Shown here: positions 19,956 to 34,400 of the stretch, one piece after another
Numbering within the stretch: the first letter of the stretch is position 1
How the letters are laid out: each line of letters starts with the position of its first letter
NCBI GenBank assembly: GCA_002633005.1
Contig: NMRA01000112.1
Coordinates: 384,629 to 448,628, forward strand
Length of the DNA: 64,000 nt
Source of the DNA: Phoronis australis
Taxonomy: Eukaryota; Animalia; Phoronida
Direction: 5' to 3'
Program-made: the position numbers and the translations under genes
Notes under the pieces: generated by a model
Database searches by the model: none
Told to the model about the DNA's origin: nothing
The model's input: the letters and a program-made list of their open reading frames with translations, nothing else

Positions 19956-22900
19956 TCGTGCTTTGGCCAAAATATGATGTGATTAGTAAATTATAATGTA
20001 TTTGAGTGCAGTCTAATAACCACTTCTCTCGAGTTCGCTCAAAAGTGGCGTAGAAATTGTCAAAAATAATCTCGAGCTGTTTCCAAGTACAAAGATTAGA
20101 AACCAGTCCCATGTTTGCTATCAGTCACTGTTTTTTTTTTAAATCCGGAATTTAACTAGACTCTCGTCAAGAGGAAAATAATGTATTTACCACCAAAGTG
20201 CCATATTGGAACGTTTATCCATCAATTGAAGAGATGTTGCAATGCTTTCAAATGGAGAAATATATTTATTTCTGAGACTGAGAATGTGATTTTTTAATGT
20301 TTACTACGAAAATACAATGTACAAAAACAAGCGCTAATCCCCTAAAATGCTAGAAAGCTTTAATTATGGGTGTAATATGAAAACTTGACGTTTCTCAGAG
20401 TCTCTGAATTTTATCCGGTCTTGAATTTATGTCGGATCTCGAAATACGTGTTTGTGTATGCTTACTGTGGGTGTGATGTGAAATAAGTCTTATGCTATCA
20501 TTCTTACGTACTTATGTGTGTGTGTTCGTGCCAATAAAAATTCGCAAATGACAGCGTTTGTGTTTTATACTATTATGATTTTAAGGGAATCAGAGTTCTG
20601 GTGTTAAAGCTATTCAACAGTAACTTATATTTGTAATATTGTACACGCGATAACGCTTCTTCCCGTCGTTCTTTCCAAATAAATGATAAAATTCATGAAA
20701 AAAAAAACATTACAAGAGGGCGCAAGGCAACAGAATTAGCCCTCCACGGCACGATTCTTGCAATTTCGAAATTTCATGTAGACATTATTGTGCTGCTGGT
20801 CGATCTATAGTTCCAGTTTTTTGAGAATGTCAGCACAGGCATACCAGTGTGTTTCATTTCACTATTTTGTAGCTCTCTCGCTTTGCCGAGACGAACTTTA
20901 GCAAGAACAAGGGAAATTCTTAGATAAAAGTTATTCACCTACTACCGAAATTCATTGGAAGGTTGTCGCTTAGTTGAACTTAAACACATACCAGAATGTT
21001 CTTGTTGTGTAGCTGTGAGACCTGTATTTCCCAAGTGAAAATTTACCACCTACCCGTGACGCGCATTATCGATGTCATGTGCCAATAGTCTTTCACACCA
21101 ATATCTTGACTTAGTTCGTGTGGTGGACAACTTGAAGACGTTGGAAGCCTGATGGCTATTCGCATGAAGAATTTTCGTGAACGTTTGGTATGCGCTGAAC
21201 AGACATTGTGACTTTGACTTTGAAAAAGAAAATATCCAATTTAAAGTAATGAGTTCATTGACTATTTCTTCAGGCAACCAGTTTCTCGTAAAATATCATC
21301 AATTACAATAAAATGCCAACTCCAAAATTATTAAGATACGTTGTACCCTGTCAGCGACTATAAGTCACAGCTTAGGGACTATTATGGGTTGTAAAATTCA
21401 TGAAAACAAATAATTTACATTACAAAATTGTGATAAAATCTCAAAATCACAGCCAACTTTGTTGTTTTAGGACTCTTGTCATCGCAAATACTGTATCTTC
21501 AAAAATTTATCCCGTCCAAGAATAATCCTAAAATGCGTTTTTCGGCCTTAAAATCGACAACTTTTAATCGCACTGAGTCGTCACCTCTGCTAAAGAAGAC
21601 CGTGAGGCACCTGTTCTCCAGTAATTAGATCAGGAAGGACGAGATTGTGCGATTCCCTGCCTAAATTTATAATCAGTTATGAAGGGTTGAACAAAAGTAA
21701 ATGAATATATGAGCTGAGTTTAGATAAACAAAACACGATAAAGGAGTACCTAGAATAGTTCGTACTACTAACATTTCTGAACAAGGGAAAGAGACAGTGA
21801 TGCAAAAATAAAACTTTACATTATTGTTAAATCCTTCGTTGTTGGCCATCTCTTGTGAACTTGTTCAATTATTTAATCTTTGAATGGATAAGTTTATTTC
21901 TCACAACAGTAACACAAATCTATTTCTTTTTGCCATTTAGTCAAATTCGGAGGTTTGCCATTGAGGCGTTATTTGCTCCGTAAATGGAATTAGTAGACAT
22001 ATAATTCAGATTTCCACTGGATTGTTTCTACATCTGTTCTACAGAGAACTGTAAGCGTATTGCTAGTTAGAGAAATATTAGTTTTATTTTTGTACCCAAC
22101 TCACTGTAGTCAACATTTTTAACACCATCACACTGAAAGTATAAATGAAGCAAAGTCTGAGGCTCCCCCTTACAGAGAGTATACATGGGAGAACTATGGC
22201 AAACAAAAACTGTGCTGGACGTTGCACGTTAGATTCGAAAAAGGTTCCCATCAACAAAGAGCCCCGAGTCACAGATGAAAACTTCGGTGATGAGATCATT
22301 TTCCACGATAAACGTTTGTCATTTTCTAAGTTATTGGTTCTTAAAACGACTGCAGGAATATTTGAAGCGTATCACTTTCCAACTCAAAATACCCCGGACA
22401 TCTCTTACTAACAATTGTTAAGGTGTAGAAATGGTGGTAGCGATCAAAGATCAGAATTATCACACCCACGATCTAGGTGGTGAGATCGTTTTATCATTAA
22501 CTACTGTGACCTCTAAGGCCACGCAAGTTTCTGTGCATCTCTCGGGTCTTTGTGGACCAAGTCTGATACCCAAAAGGCCTGACCCTCACTCACAATGGAA
22601 CCGTCTCCTACTTCAGCTAAAGAATCTCACTCTACACTGTTGGAGCAGTCATAAGCTCAACCAATTCCCCGACTGTTGATCCCGAAATCCTTGAGAGAGA
22701 GCGGTTGTTGAGCCAAGTGTAGAATGTCTATGCAATCATTTCTAAATTTTGTCGGCAACCCCTAGAATATCAAATAAATTTTTCAATCCACATCCTTGGG
22801 AATTGTGTCACTTCGGCAGGCACGAGACGCAGCGCACCATGGCAGCGATCATTGAAGCAATCGGGGAACTCAACAAAGGCATTCAATGAATAAATTTCGA

Positions 22901-24606
22901 AAGTTATAAGTCAGACATTTCACAACTGATACTCAACTACAACTACTGTAAAAACTAGAAATTCCATTCTTGGGAACAGGGTAAAAAACATGACCCCAAC
23001 TTTTAGAGAGACATTTGTAAGGTTGCTGAAACACTCTGCCACGAGGAAGATTCTCCGCCATAACACTACTGCCTAGCAGATAAATTTTCTAAAAGGAGAA
23101 TGCCTCGTGACGGACTAAGTCCTGCACCACCCAACGTGCTCTCAAGAAAGAGACCTGTCTACAAATACCTAGAGCAAATTATGAAATCTGTGCAACTAAC
23201 TGAACCACCTTGCTGCTAAGCGCTTGAACAGATGCAAAACAGAAAAGATTAAAGTGAAGCTCATTCGTAGTGTTGAAGACCACGAGAAGATAAGACACGG
23301 GGAATCAGCGCAAGACTTCAAGTAGCTTGGATGTCCTTATCGAGTGAACCCAGTCTTCCAACAGGGCAGGAGCTTCTGTAAACACTGACTCCCTTTCAAC
23401 TCGCCCCTTGCTTTGTGTACAAGAGACGTGGAACCACGCGTCGATTACCCCACTAGACAGCTGCTCTCTCAATGTGGAAAACCCAACGAATAACAATTAG
23501 GGAGTATAACTTCGAGCTCCTTGTTATGTCCAGCAACTGATGTGACGTCCGCTCAGCAGATGTCTCGTAGGTAGAAAACAGGAGCACGAAAGGTGTCGCT
23601 AGAGGTTCATTGATCTCAGGGCGTGTAATTAAGGCAGATTTTACAGTGCATTTGACGATAGTTAACTTTCAGGAGACATTTCTGTCAAACTCACGGACGA
23701 CTCTCTGTTTGTCAACACGCCTGGCTGCAGATTGCCAGTTTCTCCACAAGGCGAAGTGAAAGACGAATTGGAAGCTCTTGGGATTCACGCGGAAGCGTCT
23801 GACTATTCCCCATAGCTGTGTCAATTTTTGATTCCCCAAAAGAGGTCGAGCAAACGTCTAATATGCATTGAAAACTGAGAAAGGAAAAAGCCGTGTACAG
23901 AGAACAGTACTTGGTGCTGATCCTGGTTGATCCAGATAACAAACTTGTTAAATCAAGGGTGTTCATCAACGTCGATTTGCCATCAGGTTGCAGGTATGTT
24001 ATGCTAGAATATACCTCATATCTCTTTAGTGCCGTTCAAACTTAATTTGGTTCCAACCCACGGATCTGTATATTTTTTTCCTCAATGTGTCTGCTGAAAT
24101 TTTCCACTGCAAGTTCTTTCAAGGCACGATAGCAAAAGGTTTGAACTAATAACGGATGACAGCAAGACGCTTCGTTGTTCCAGACAGCACATTTGGAAGG
24201 TGACAGAGAATACAAAAATACCTGATTCGCAGTCGGTAACTTTACATGAAACACTTGACACTCACTGTCTTCTGCGCATGTTTACATTCCACATATTGCA
24301 TCTGCCCTGACACCATAACTCACGACAGCCACATCTAGGCTACTCTTTGTCCCCTATTACACGTTTTGGAAGAGTTTCGGCCATGTCAGCCATATTCAGG
24401 AACTCATAGACATAGACATTTGCTTATTTTATTGTTTAGATTATTAGAATCTAGTTAAATGAGGCGTATATTTGCAGTTTTCAGGTTAGTAGTTCCAGGC
24501 TTTAGACAACTTTTCTCAAAGAACCGTGAAGGATGTTACGTGTGACATTCTACGCGCAAATAGCGCAGTTATACTTGTACAGGTATGTCCCAGTTATGTT
24601 CAATAT

Positions 24607-26824
24607 CAAGACGTGTGTTCAGTAACGCTAGGACCTTGCTAAAATCTAGTCAACGTCGCGTGTTCTCATTTAAAATACACGGCAATATCTCACGTAATCA
24701 CGCGAAGTCTTGCTCTTTAGCTAGGTCCTAGCGTTACTGAACTGGGGGCAGACATTATGCGTTTTGTAATGTTTCTCATCCGCTATCGTATGACCGCCAC
24801 TAGTTGGCAATACAGCATTTTACCGTCTGAATTGTTGTTTCACTCAACACTTGATTACCGTTGTCAAAATACCACAGTTGACTCATTAATTTTTACACGG
24901 TACATATATTTCGTGAGGACAGAATAGTTTGAGTAATTATATCGCGCTAATTCAGCCAGAAATCTCTCCCAAGTGACTTTGTCAAGTTTACAAATGTACA
25001 ATGTAGTCTAATAACCCTGAAATCCCCAGGAACAAGGAATGGGACGCTTAAAAGAAGCATCGGATGCTTACAGGAGACACAAATTGGTGAATTTTACCTG
25101 AAACGTTGAAAAACAGTTTCCCTCTGCAATTGAAATGGTCCAGGGATATACATATACCGGGTACGTGGCGGCAGTGTGAGCAGGTCGGCAAAAAGATCCC
25201 ACACTACCGGCTGCCTGTTTGTGAGAAATTGTCAAAGTGTTTGAGTGTTCCATCGACCCGTGTATACTTTTTAATGTTCTAGTATGACAGCTTGCACCTC
25301 GATCGAGATCCCAATGTCATTGCGATTCCGGTTAACGCTCTCCCAGTATGTGAAAAGAGCCTCCGATATTCTACGAATGCAAACATACATGTACATTGAC
25401 ACCAGTTCAGAGGGTACTGCAAAATGCTACAGGTAAGTTTGTTTATTCCCAGGTCAGTGCATACGCACAACCGAAACCAATTGGATGCCAACCTAAGGTG
25501 CCAGTTCATGCGCGCACCCAGCCTTTTATATAGGGGAGCTCTAACTTTTCGATATGCGGACCTTTTACTGAAAGAAATCAACGATTACTAAAACAAAAAA
25601 ATAAAATGGGCCATTAGGTTCAGGCCACAAATCGTGCATCCGCGCCTACCTCCCGTGGATTTGTTGGACTTTTGTCTCGTTTACTAGGACTTTTTGTTTC
25701 ACTGAGGCGGTCCTTTTTTCCCAATTCCCCAANCAAGACGTGTGTTCAGTAACGCTAGGACCTAGCTAAAATCTAGTCAACATCGCGTGTTCTCATTTAA
25801 AATACACGGCAATATCTCACGTAATCACGCGAAGTCTTGCTCTTTAGCTAGGTCCTAGCGTTACTGAACTGGGGGCAGGCATTATGCGTTTTGTAATGTT
25901 TCTCATCCGCTATCGTATGACCGCTACTAGTTGGCAATACAGCATTTTACCGTCTGAATTGTTGTTTCACTCAACACTTGATTACCGTTGTCAAAATACC
26001 ACAGTTGACTCATTAATTTTTACACGGTACATATATTTCGTGATAACAGAATAGTTTGAGTAATTATATCGCGCTAATTCAGCCAGAAATCTCTCCCAAG
26101 TGACTTTGTCAAGTTTACAAATGTAGTCTAATAACCCTGAAATCCCCAGGAACAAGGAATGGGACGCTTAAAAGAAGCATCGGATGCTTACAGGAGACAC
26201 AAATTGGGGAATTTTACCTGCAACGTTTAAAAACAGTTTCCCTCTGCAACTGAAATGGTTCCGCGATATACATATACCGGGTATGTGGCGGCAGTATGAG
26301 CAGGTCGGCAAAAAGATCCGACACTACCAGCTGCCTGTTTGTGAGAAATTGTCAAGGTGTTTGAGTGTTCCATCGACCCGTGTATACTTTTTAATGTTCT
26401 AGTGTGACAGCTTGCTCCTCAATCGAGATCCCAATGTCATTGCGATTCCGGTTAACGCTCTCCCAGTATGTGAAATGAGCCTACATACAATGACACCAGT
26501 TCAGAGGGTACTGCAGAATGCTACATTAAGTTTGTTTATTCTCAGGTCAGTGTATACGCACAACGGAAACCAATTGGATGCCAACCTAAGGTACCAGTTC
26601 ATGCGCGCACCCAGCCTTTTATATAGGGGAGCTCTAATTTTTCGATATGCGGACCTTTTACTGAAAGAAATCAACGATTACTAAAACAAAACCTAAAAAG
26701 GGCCATTAGGTTCAGGCCACGAACCGTGCATCCGCGCCGACTTCCCGTGGATTTGTTGGACTTTTGTCTCGTTTACTAGGGCTTTTTGTTTCACTGAGGC
26801 GGTCCTTTTTTCCCAATTCGCCAA
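24607..26824. other. N-joined duplication (24607-25732 / 25734-26824), probable allelic haplotype overlap
   Basis: Single N at 25733. The sequence after it restarts at CAAGACGTGTGTTCAG (= 24607). The copies differ by SNPs and small indels. Confidence 0.85.
24617..24742. mobile_element. 126-bp MITE (second copy 25744-25869; related fragment ~41760-41818)
   Basis: TIRs GTTCAGTAACGCTAGGACCT(T/A)GCTAAA ... TTTAGCTAGGTCCTAGCGTTACTGAAC. Confidence 0.75.
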
Positions 26825-27765
26825 ATTGGGGGTTCGAGCCCCCGAGACCCCCCCTTCTGGGTACAGTTATGCGTGTTCTCTTTCGGGCGGTTACTCTGAT
26901 GAAGCTTTCTTATTTTCCCACAATATTTTGTGACTCTAGTTACAGTAACTGTTTATTGGGAACAATACAATATCCGTCAATTGCTCCTGGCTTCATGCGC
27001 ACAACAGGCCAGGCGCTGGTGAAGATCTCTGTCATAAAAAGGAAAATATCACGTATCTTAATTAGTTGAATGTTGGGCGTACACGTTTATGCCATTCCAA
27101 TTGTCCTCAAGCACAAAATCAGACACGTATATACATGTATCTTGTTTTCATACTTAGCACGTCTCGGGTTCTGAGCATCGTGTACATACTGGTCCAGGTT
27201 TAAGGTTTCCTCCCAGAATTTTCAGCGTGTATGCGTCAAAAATTTATGACGTCAGTCAATAGTTACGAAATTATATTGTTAACGTATAGGGAGAATATTT
27301 ACAAGATTTCGTATAAAGTTATACTGTTGAATTCAGTCTGAGGTAAGAAAATTTATGTTTTAATGTTATAATATATAGCCCATCTTATCAGAGATTACCT
27401 ATTATACGTTATTTACCTGTATTCATTATATTGTAATCGTATTTGTCATAATAAATGACCTTATATCGCCTACCTCGGTCTCCTTTTCATCTCTGGTAAC
27501 GAGCTTGCGACGCACGTATCATTTATCTTTATTCGGGACATATGTCGATCATAATTATAAATTGCGATATCCATTCACTGATTTAAACAAATTCTCTTTC
27601 TAAATGAGAAATATAATGATGAAAACACGACAAAGAACACTCTTAACTTTACGTCTCCTTTTAACTATCCTTTATACCCAATTATTGAATTTCGAAAGTA
27701 CATGTTTGCATGTATCATGACAGATTCTTCACGATTCATTCTTTCAGGTTTCAGGAAGCTATACC

Positions 27766-27898
27766 ATGATGTTTGCAACACTTGTGGTAGTCAGTCTAGT
27801 CGGCTGCTTTCTAGCTGATGCACGGCCGATTCCGAAATCGTTGACGGAAATTGAAATTGCAGCCCACACAAAAACACCATCCACCATATCTCATGCAG
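27766..27898 (+). CDS. First coding exon of a 99-aa single-pass membrane microprotein (signal peptide)
   Basis: Acceptor TTCTTTCAG just upstream and ACCATG start context. Encodes MMFATLVVVSLVGCFLADA-RPIPK..., then a CAG|GTACTG donor (phase 1). Confidence 0.7.
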
Positions 27899-28837
27899 GT
27901 ACTGATCGAAACATACAGTCGGTTATGCTATTTAATTGGATTATTTGGAATCTGGTGTTTCGCAAAAACCATAGTGCATGTACATATTAGATGTCTAAAC
28001 ATTTTGTTGTTGAGAAAGACCTTGATAAAAATGCACAGTGGCAACAAGTAAAGTAACTGGGTAAAACCTTATTGATTTCACAAAATTTTGTTACATGGGC
28101 GACGCACTATAAGGGGCTGGGGGATTATAGCCCCCACTTTCAGTACTGCGCCGTCCGTGGTCTTTGGGCGGTACACCACAGGGGGGCTAGGGGGCTGTGG
28201 ACCCACACTTTTTTCAGTGCTGCGGCGCCGATGTGTTATGGTAACATAACTTCATAAGGGAGCCTTTCACGGATCCCTGATGCACATAAGTTGAAAATTA
28301 TGAGTTATGTGTCCACCCGACCATCGGCTTTTTATTTCAGTGATATCTGGTTATCAAAATTTAACGTTTCAACGGGCGAATTGCAAAATACATTAGACGT
28401 CTAGAGAACTCTTGATATTTAAATTTACTTAATAAAACTGAACTGTCTACATTGTCACCTTTCGTAATATATTTACTGTTGTTAGCACGACAAAATTTCC
28501 ACATCTGACCTCACATGTTCAAAACAGTAAAAAGCACTGTAATAGGTACTATGAGTTGTGGCTTGGCTATAAGATGTGTCCAACATATAGAGCATCTGAT
28601 GGACAAATCGTCTTATACAGGAGTCTTATACACAAGTCTTAAACACATGAAAACCTTCACTAACGGTAAAAACATTTGATTTTAAAGTTTTCCATCTACA
28701 CCGTGTAGGTGCCGACGCCTGTATCTCAAAGTTTTTGTCTTAACTGCAAATTTAAACGATCATTGTACAATGGAAAGCTCGTATAATACTACAATGTACT
28801 ACTATGGTACACTACTAGGTTCTTTCTCCTTTTCCAG

Positions 28838-29004
28838 ATTTTTTCGCATTGCTCAGGTGCCTTGTGTATGGTGCTTTCTCGCTGCTGATCGCTACGGTCC
28901 TATCGGCCCTCCGTCTGGCAACATGGCGTTTCCGCAGATACGTCGAGAGTAACAAGCACGTCCTGTTTATGGTTGATAAGAGGATGCTGTTTCACGTGGT
29001 GTAA
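28838..29004 (+). CDS. Second coding exon of the 99-aa microprotein (TM helix and basic tail)
   Basis: Acceptor TTCTTTCTCCTTTTCCAG ends at 28837. The phase-1 join gives DFFALLRCLVYGAFSLLIATVLSALRLATWRFRRYVESNKHVLFMVDKRMLFHVV-stop. Confidence 0.7.
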
Positions 29005-29661
29005 AATGGGAATGTGTGAGGACTGCGCACACGGACACTGCTTGGGTAGTGATTGAGTACAGCGGCAGAACGAGGATGGGAGATTCTTCGATGATATGCC
29101 TGATGTTGTGATGTGTTACTTAAATGTGCAGAAGAAAGACTTGTGCGGTAGTGAAACACTCGCGCGAAGTATTGCGGTCCTGTGTGATTTGAGTATCCAG
29201 CGTACCGCAAACGGTTGACATTTGTGCCTTACTTTATACTGATATTTTTCAACTTTAATTGTGTTCTGACCGGCAAAAGACGGAGGCTGTACTGATAGCA
29301 GCTATATCTATAACATAGCCTCAGACAAGGTTCAGCCCCATGGGTATTGAATTGTGTCGGGGTTGTATTAGACATTCATGCACCATCCTATTGGCTTCTA
29401 CATGAAGTGAAATGAAACGAAATGTATTTCCACTTGACAAGTGTGCGTTAAAGCTTGGTGGACTGAAAAGTAAACACAACAGGCTTGCACGGTAGGGAGA
29501 ACTGAGAGTTAGGGATGGGCTTACGCTGGCAGATACGGTAGTTCTAAAATATTGGGAAAAGAGAACCGCAGATTTTGAACTGGGTTTTTCATTATGAAAG
29601 AAATTTAAACATCTGTTAAAATAACACATGCCACTGCAAATATCCAAGGATTCAATTTTAC

Positions 29662-31415
29662 AACCTTAATAACTACCAACTGTTTATTTGTTGCTAACAA
29701 TTGTAGAATAATAATTACACGTTTCGTATACATTTCAAAGTTTTTCTCAGCCAAGTAAGTTTTGACAACCGAGATGTTTCTATACTAATAACGACAAAAT
29801 AATGATGTCATAAAAATTCCCGTGTGATAGTGTTTTTTGTTTTTCATTGAAAAGGTACATACTGTCGCACTTTTACCAATAAAAGTTATTAAAAATACTT
29901 TGTTTTTTTTCTATTTACACCATGGATAGCAACGTAGATGAAACAGCTGGGATCTATATAGACACTAAGTTTTATGAAAACAACACTATGGTCAAGACGA
30001 CATGTCATGTTTCATCATGATCGGCCCAAATCAGATAGAAACGTTTTCTCCAGAAATCAAAAGAACCACTGAGTTTGGCAATCGTTTTTGGATAATGGTG
30101 TTGTACCTCACTCAATAGTACACATGGTGGACACTCGGTGCGCAAACTTTCCCCAGAGTCGCACAGTTCCAGCTATTCCGCTGAGAGATTGAGCTTAATA
30201 CGGTTTCTGACGTCACGAAACTTAGACGCTCACCGACCTTCGCGATTCAATTGCGACTCCAATCTCACATTTAGGTCAATAACAGAAACTATCCACGTTA
30301 ATTTTTGTCAGAAAACTGCAATCTGAGCAGCGTTCCGTAAACCTAAGACACTAATGCAGCATTTGCTGGGAGCAATCTTCGCTTAAAGTCATATGATCCG
30401 TTTGTAGACGTTTTAAAAACATCGTGAATCTGCATAAAAACCATTGAAACATACTCTCTGACACTTAATTAGAACTTTTCGTAAGTATGGGGTCGATCTG
30501 CTGCCTGTACATATTTTTTCTTTTATTTTTTATTTTCTTAAAATCTGCGTGATCAAAACAAACGAATGTTGCCCATAATGCTGTGCGGTTTGACCTTTCG
30601 GCAACTAATCAGCTGTTTCCGGTACTGCTCCGAAGAAGAGAAGTTCGCCTTAACCAGGTAATTTATTCGTTTCTTGAACATTTTGATGNAACCTTAATAT
30701 CTACCAACTGTTTATTTGTTGCTAACAATTGTAGAATAATAATTACACGTTTCGTATACATTTCAAAGTTTTTCTCAGCCAAGTAAGTTTTGACAACCTT
30801 GTTGTTTCTATACCAATAACGACAAAATAATGATGTCATAAAAATTCCCGTGTGATAGTGTTTTTTGTTTTTCATTGAAAAGGTACATACTGTAGCACTT
30901 TTACCAATAAAAGTTATTAAAAATACTTTGTTTTTTTTTCTATTTATACCATGGATAGCAACGTAGATGAAACAGCTGGGATCTATATAGACACTAAGTT
31001 TTATGAAAACAACACTATGGTCAAGACGACATGTCATGTTTCATCATTATCGTCCTAAATCAGATAGAAACGTTTTCTCCAGAGGTCAAAAGAACCACTG
31101 AGTTTGGCAATCGTTTTTGGATAATGGTGTTGTACCTCACTCAATATTACACATGGTGGACATTCGGTGCGCAAACCTTCCCCAGAGTCGCACAGTTCCA
31201 GCTATTCCGCTGAGAGATTGAGCTTAATACGGTTTCTGACGTCACGAAACTTAGACGCTTACCGACCTTCGCGATTCAATTGAGACTCCAATCTCACATT
31301 TAGGTCAATAACAGAAATTATCCACGTTCATTTTTGTCAGAAAACTGCAATCTGAGCAGCGTTCCGTAAACCTAAGACACTAATGCAGCATTTGCTGGGA
31401 GCAATCTTCGCTTAA
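29662..31415. other. N-joined duplication (29662-30386 / 30690-31415), probable allelic haplotype overlap
   Basis: Single N at 30689. The sequence after it restarts at AACCTTAAT (= 29662). The copies diverge after a shared TTAA. Confidence 0.85.
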
Positions 31416-34400
31416 GGAACGGAACTGAAGGACTTTGTTCCAGAATTGAACATTCCAACCCATCACCTCAGTGCTCGCTGTTTCCCTGGGGAGTTCTAGT
31501 TAGATCCAGATCATATCCGTGAAACTCTAGTTTTCAATCGCGTGATTCTGTGTGGTCTCCCAATGCTTTTAATTTTGTTGAGCTCTTGGGTGTACGGAAA
31601 GCATCGTGCACTTGTAGTTTTTACATGTACATGATGCCAAGTGCTTGAGAGTTGCACTTTACCTAAATTTAAACCACTGTCTTTACTTGCAAGGAACTCT
31701 CAAAGGCGTATAGATGTTCCACAGAAACAACGAGGAAGCTGTTTTGAGAGTAGCGTTTATCAGCAAACGAGAGCAAGCTCTGCCCCTTGCGCATGAACCA
31801 GCTTTACCCGGCAACGTGTTGTTTGTTGGTAAAATGGCGGCTGGGAAACGAAGTTGTGTCAAGAATGCTGCGTTCTGATTGGTCAGTTAGGCCGTCGTTC
31901 AAAATCCTGGCGATATGTCAATTTCAGCCAAAACTCGAGTGAACTTTTATTCACTTGCGAGCAGAAAGACAGAAAATATCGTCGTGTCAACAGTTGTGTT
32001 CGGGTCGCATTCAGTGAAAGGTCGTCAATACAGTTTTTATGCAAGAACTGTCCTCTCGGCGTTCTGGTATTTATTTGAAGGTACCAGGCAATCACACGTA
32101 CAACTGAAGATCGGGTAATGAACAAACCTACCGAAAATAGTTAACAGCAAGCACATGTATTCCGCGATGCTGCGAAAGATTCGTGATCGTGCGACTGTTT
32201 GCGACCAGTGTTTGCGGCTAGTTTGTGAAATTTTGCTTGTTCTAGTTGTGGTTCGTGCGAGTAACTTAATGGTTGGCGGATTCTTCAACGCTGCGTGCTA
32301 AAGGTGGCCCTCATCTCTTGCAGTTTGTGTAATATGAATTCCACAAACAAAACAAGAGCCCTCAAATTTGCGTTTCCCGTTAATATCATACACTTTAGTA
32401 GTTTTCACCCAGTAAGCGTTCTTTCCACAAACGCTGCTTTAAGCTGGATACGTTTGACTTGCGCAATGCACTTTCCTGTAATTTTGCCGTAAACAGTGAT
32501 ATACAAGATGCGAATGGTGTGAATACGTTTATTATAAAGGTGACTTCAAATTCTAAAAGCACTCATTCGAATGCATTCAATGCTGATAAACTCTAAAGTT
32601 TAAAAGCGTGCGAGTTAGTATAACAGGAAATTCACATATCAAAATTGAATAGTTCTCCCATTCACAGTTATGCAAGCGTAGCTTCGTGCCATTTCCCTTA
32701 AATCTAATAATCATAAAAGTTCTGAAACATGTTAGCATTACAGTCAAAACTAAGTCTACGTGCAATACTGTTCACACCATAAACTAACACCAAATATCTT
32801 TTACTATCAACTACACTACTTAGTGAAGTAGGCCTACTCAGTAGCAGAGCAACTAACAACTTCCCCAAACAGATTTCTGTCCGCAGTAAACATTTCTATT
32901 AAAAAGTCTAATGCGAGGTTTACAGAACGAAAAAAGTAAGTTTAGGTTCATAATTTGCAGTGAAAGCATCCAATTCTCGAAAGAGTGTGGAGGGAGATTG
33001 TAACGACAACCACATATCTAAGACAACATCTACTATTTTCTACAAAATACTTACATGTTATCACAGGAGCTTGCCGAAGAATATTTACTGCCACCACCGA
33101 CAACATCAAGCTAGTCTAAACTAAACTCCGATTGTTAAGTAGTGAAAATGTGTTAAGCTAACTGCTGCTGGCTAATATGAAATCAAAGCCAAAAACTACG
33201 TGAAAATTGTGCAACGTGCATTATATCATAGCTGATGATCAGTTACTGAACGATAACAGCTTTGTTAGTGACTAGATATGCATATGTACACAACAGCACT
33301 TTTGCGGCGGAACGTGGTCTCGTTTGTTACGAACGACCTTTTATCTAAAGCTAAACGTTCTAAATCTACACCTATGTGTTTTGTCGCGTGCCATTTGCGA
33401 GTAGAATAGGTCTGATAAGGAATAAAACTTTTAGCGGTAATTTGCAGGACAACTGTTTGAAAAGAACTCGCATTTGCAAAAACTACTGAGTAAAACTTCC
33501 TTCTACAGTGAGTGAGTACGCAATACCACACGCAAGTGCATACAAATAAAAGACCTACTGTCGGGCAACTCAGACTACAGGCAAGTGACGTTACATGAAC
33601 GCTTCAACCTAATGAAGTAGTGTTGTTACAGAAAGTGCAAGAAAGAAAACTCTCTACAACCTAACTATAATGCTCTGCTTCATGCTAGTTAAAATGATCA
33701 CCTCCACCACTTCTAAACACAACACAAATTCACATGAGATAGGATACTGTCTTTACCCCGCTACGATTGACTAACTACTTCATTTTCATCTTGGGTGATT
33801 CTCGTCAAGCTTCATCCGTAGACCGAGCCAGTTGCTGGAGCAGCCTTCCTGGGCGAAGGGGCGGAGCGTCGGCAGGTGGGCGGAGTTATACAGCATGGAG
33901 GAAGGGAAGGCGAAAAACAGCTCGCCTAAGAAGACTAAATAAATCTTAGGACAGTTCAATTTTAGATGCTCTTGGAAGCAAGCCTGAAAATGAAATGGGT
34001 TTACACATAAGCTACATGTGTGAAAGAGATCATTCTTGGTTCTTTCGCAAATACCAATTTTTCAGTCTTGCTATGACAATGGATAGTTCTTAGGTGTCAA
34101 ACTAGTAATATTGGCCCCATGGAAACACGGCAACAGGCATCGATTTTGGTCCCACAAACATTGGTCGCAAGATGCGTTAGCGACGCGCATGGAGCCGATG
34201 GAAGACACGTGCAGAACTAGTGAAGAAAAGTTCTTCTCGCTGATAAAACCATACAGCAAATTTCATTTGAATAATGTTTGCATAAACAAATTGAAAGTGA
34301 AAAACCTTCACCTTAACATTTTCACAAATATTTTTATTTATGTGGAACACGTGTAAGAATGAGCATGCGACTTATGTGGCCCCATCGATAGCCTAACTCA

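Noticed and set aside
20740-21277. Possible hAT transposase C-terminal relic on the minus strand
   Set aside because: Only a vague RI..EG resemblance, and no SxxxERxFS motif was found.
23300-24385. Possible decayed PHD-finger ORF1 of a non-LTR element on the minus strand (WCQGRCNMW)
   Set aside because: It needs several frameshifts and stops, which is too weak to call by eye.
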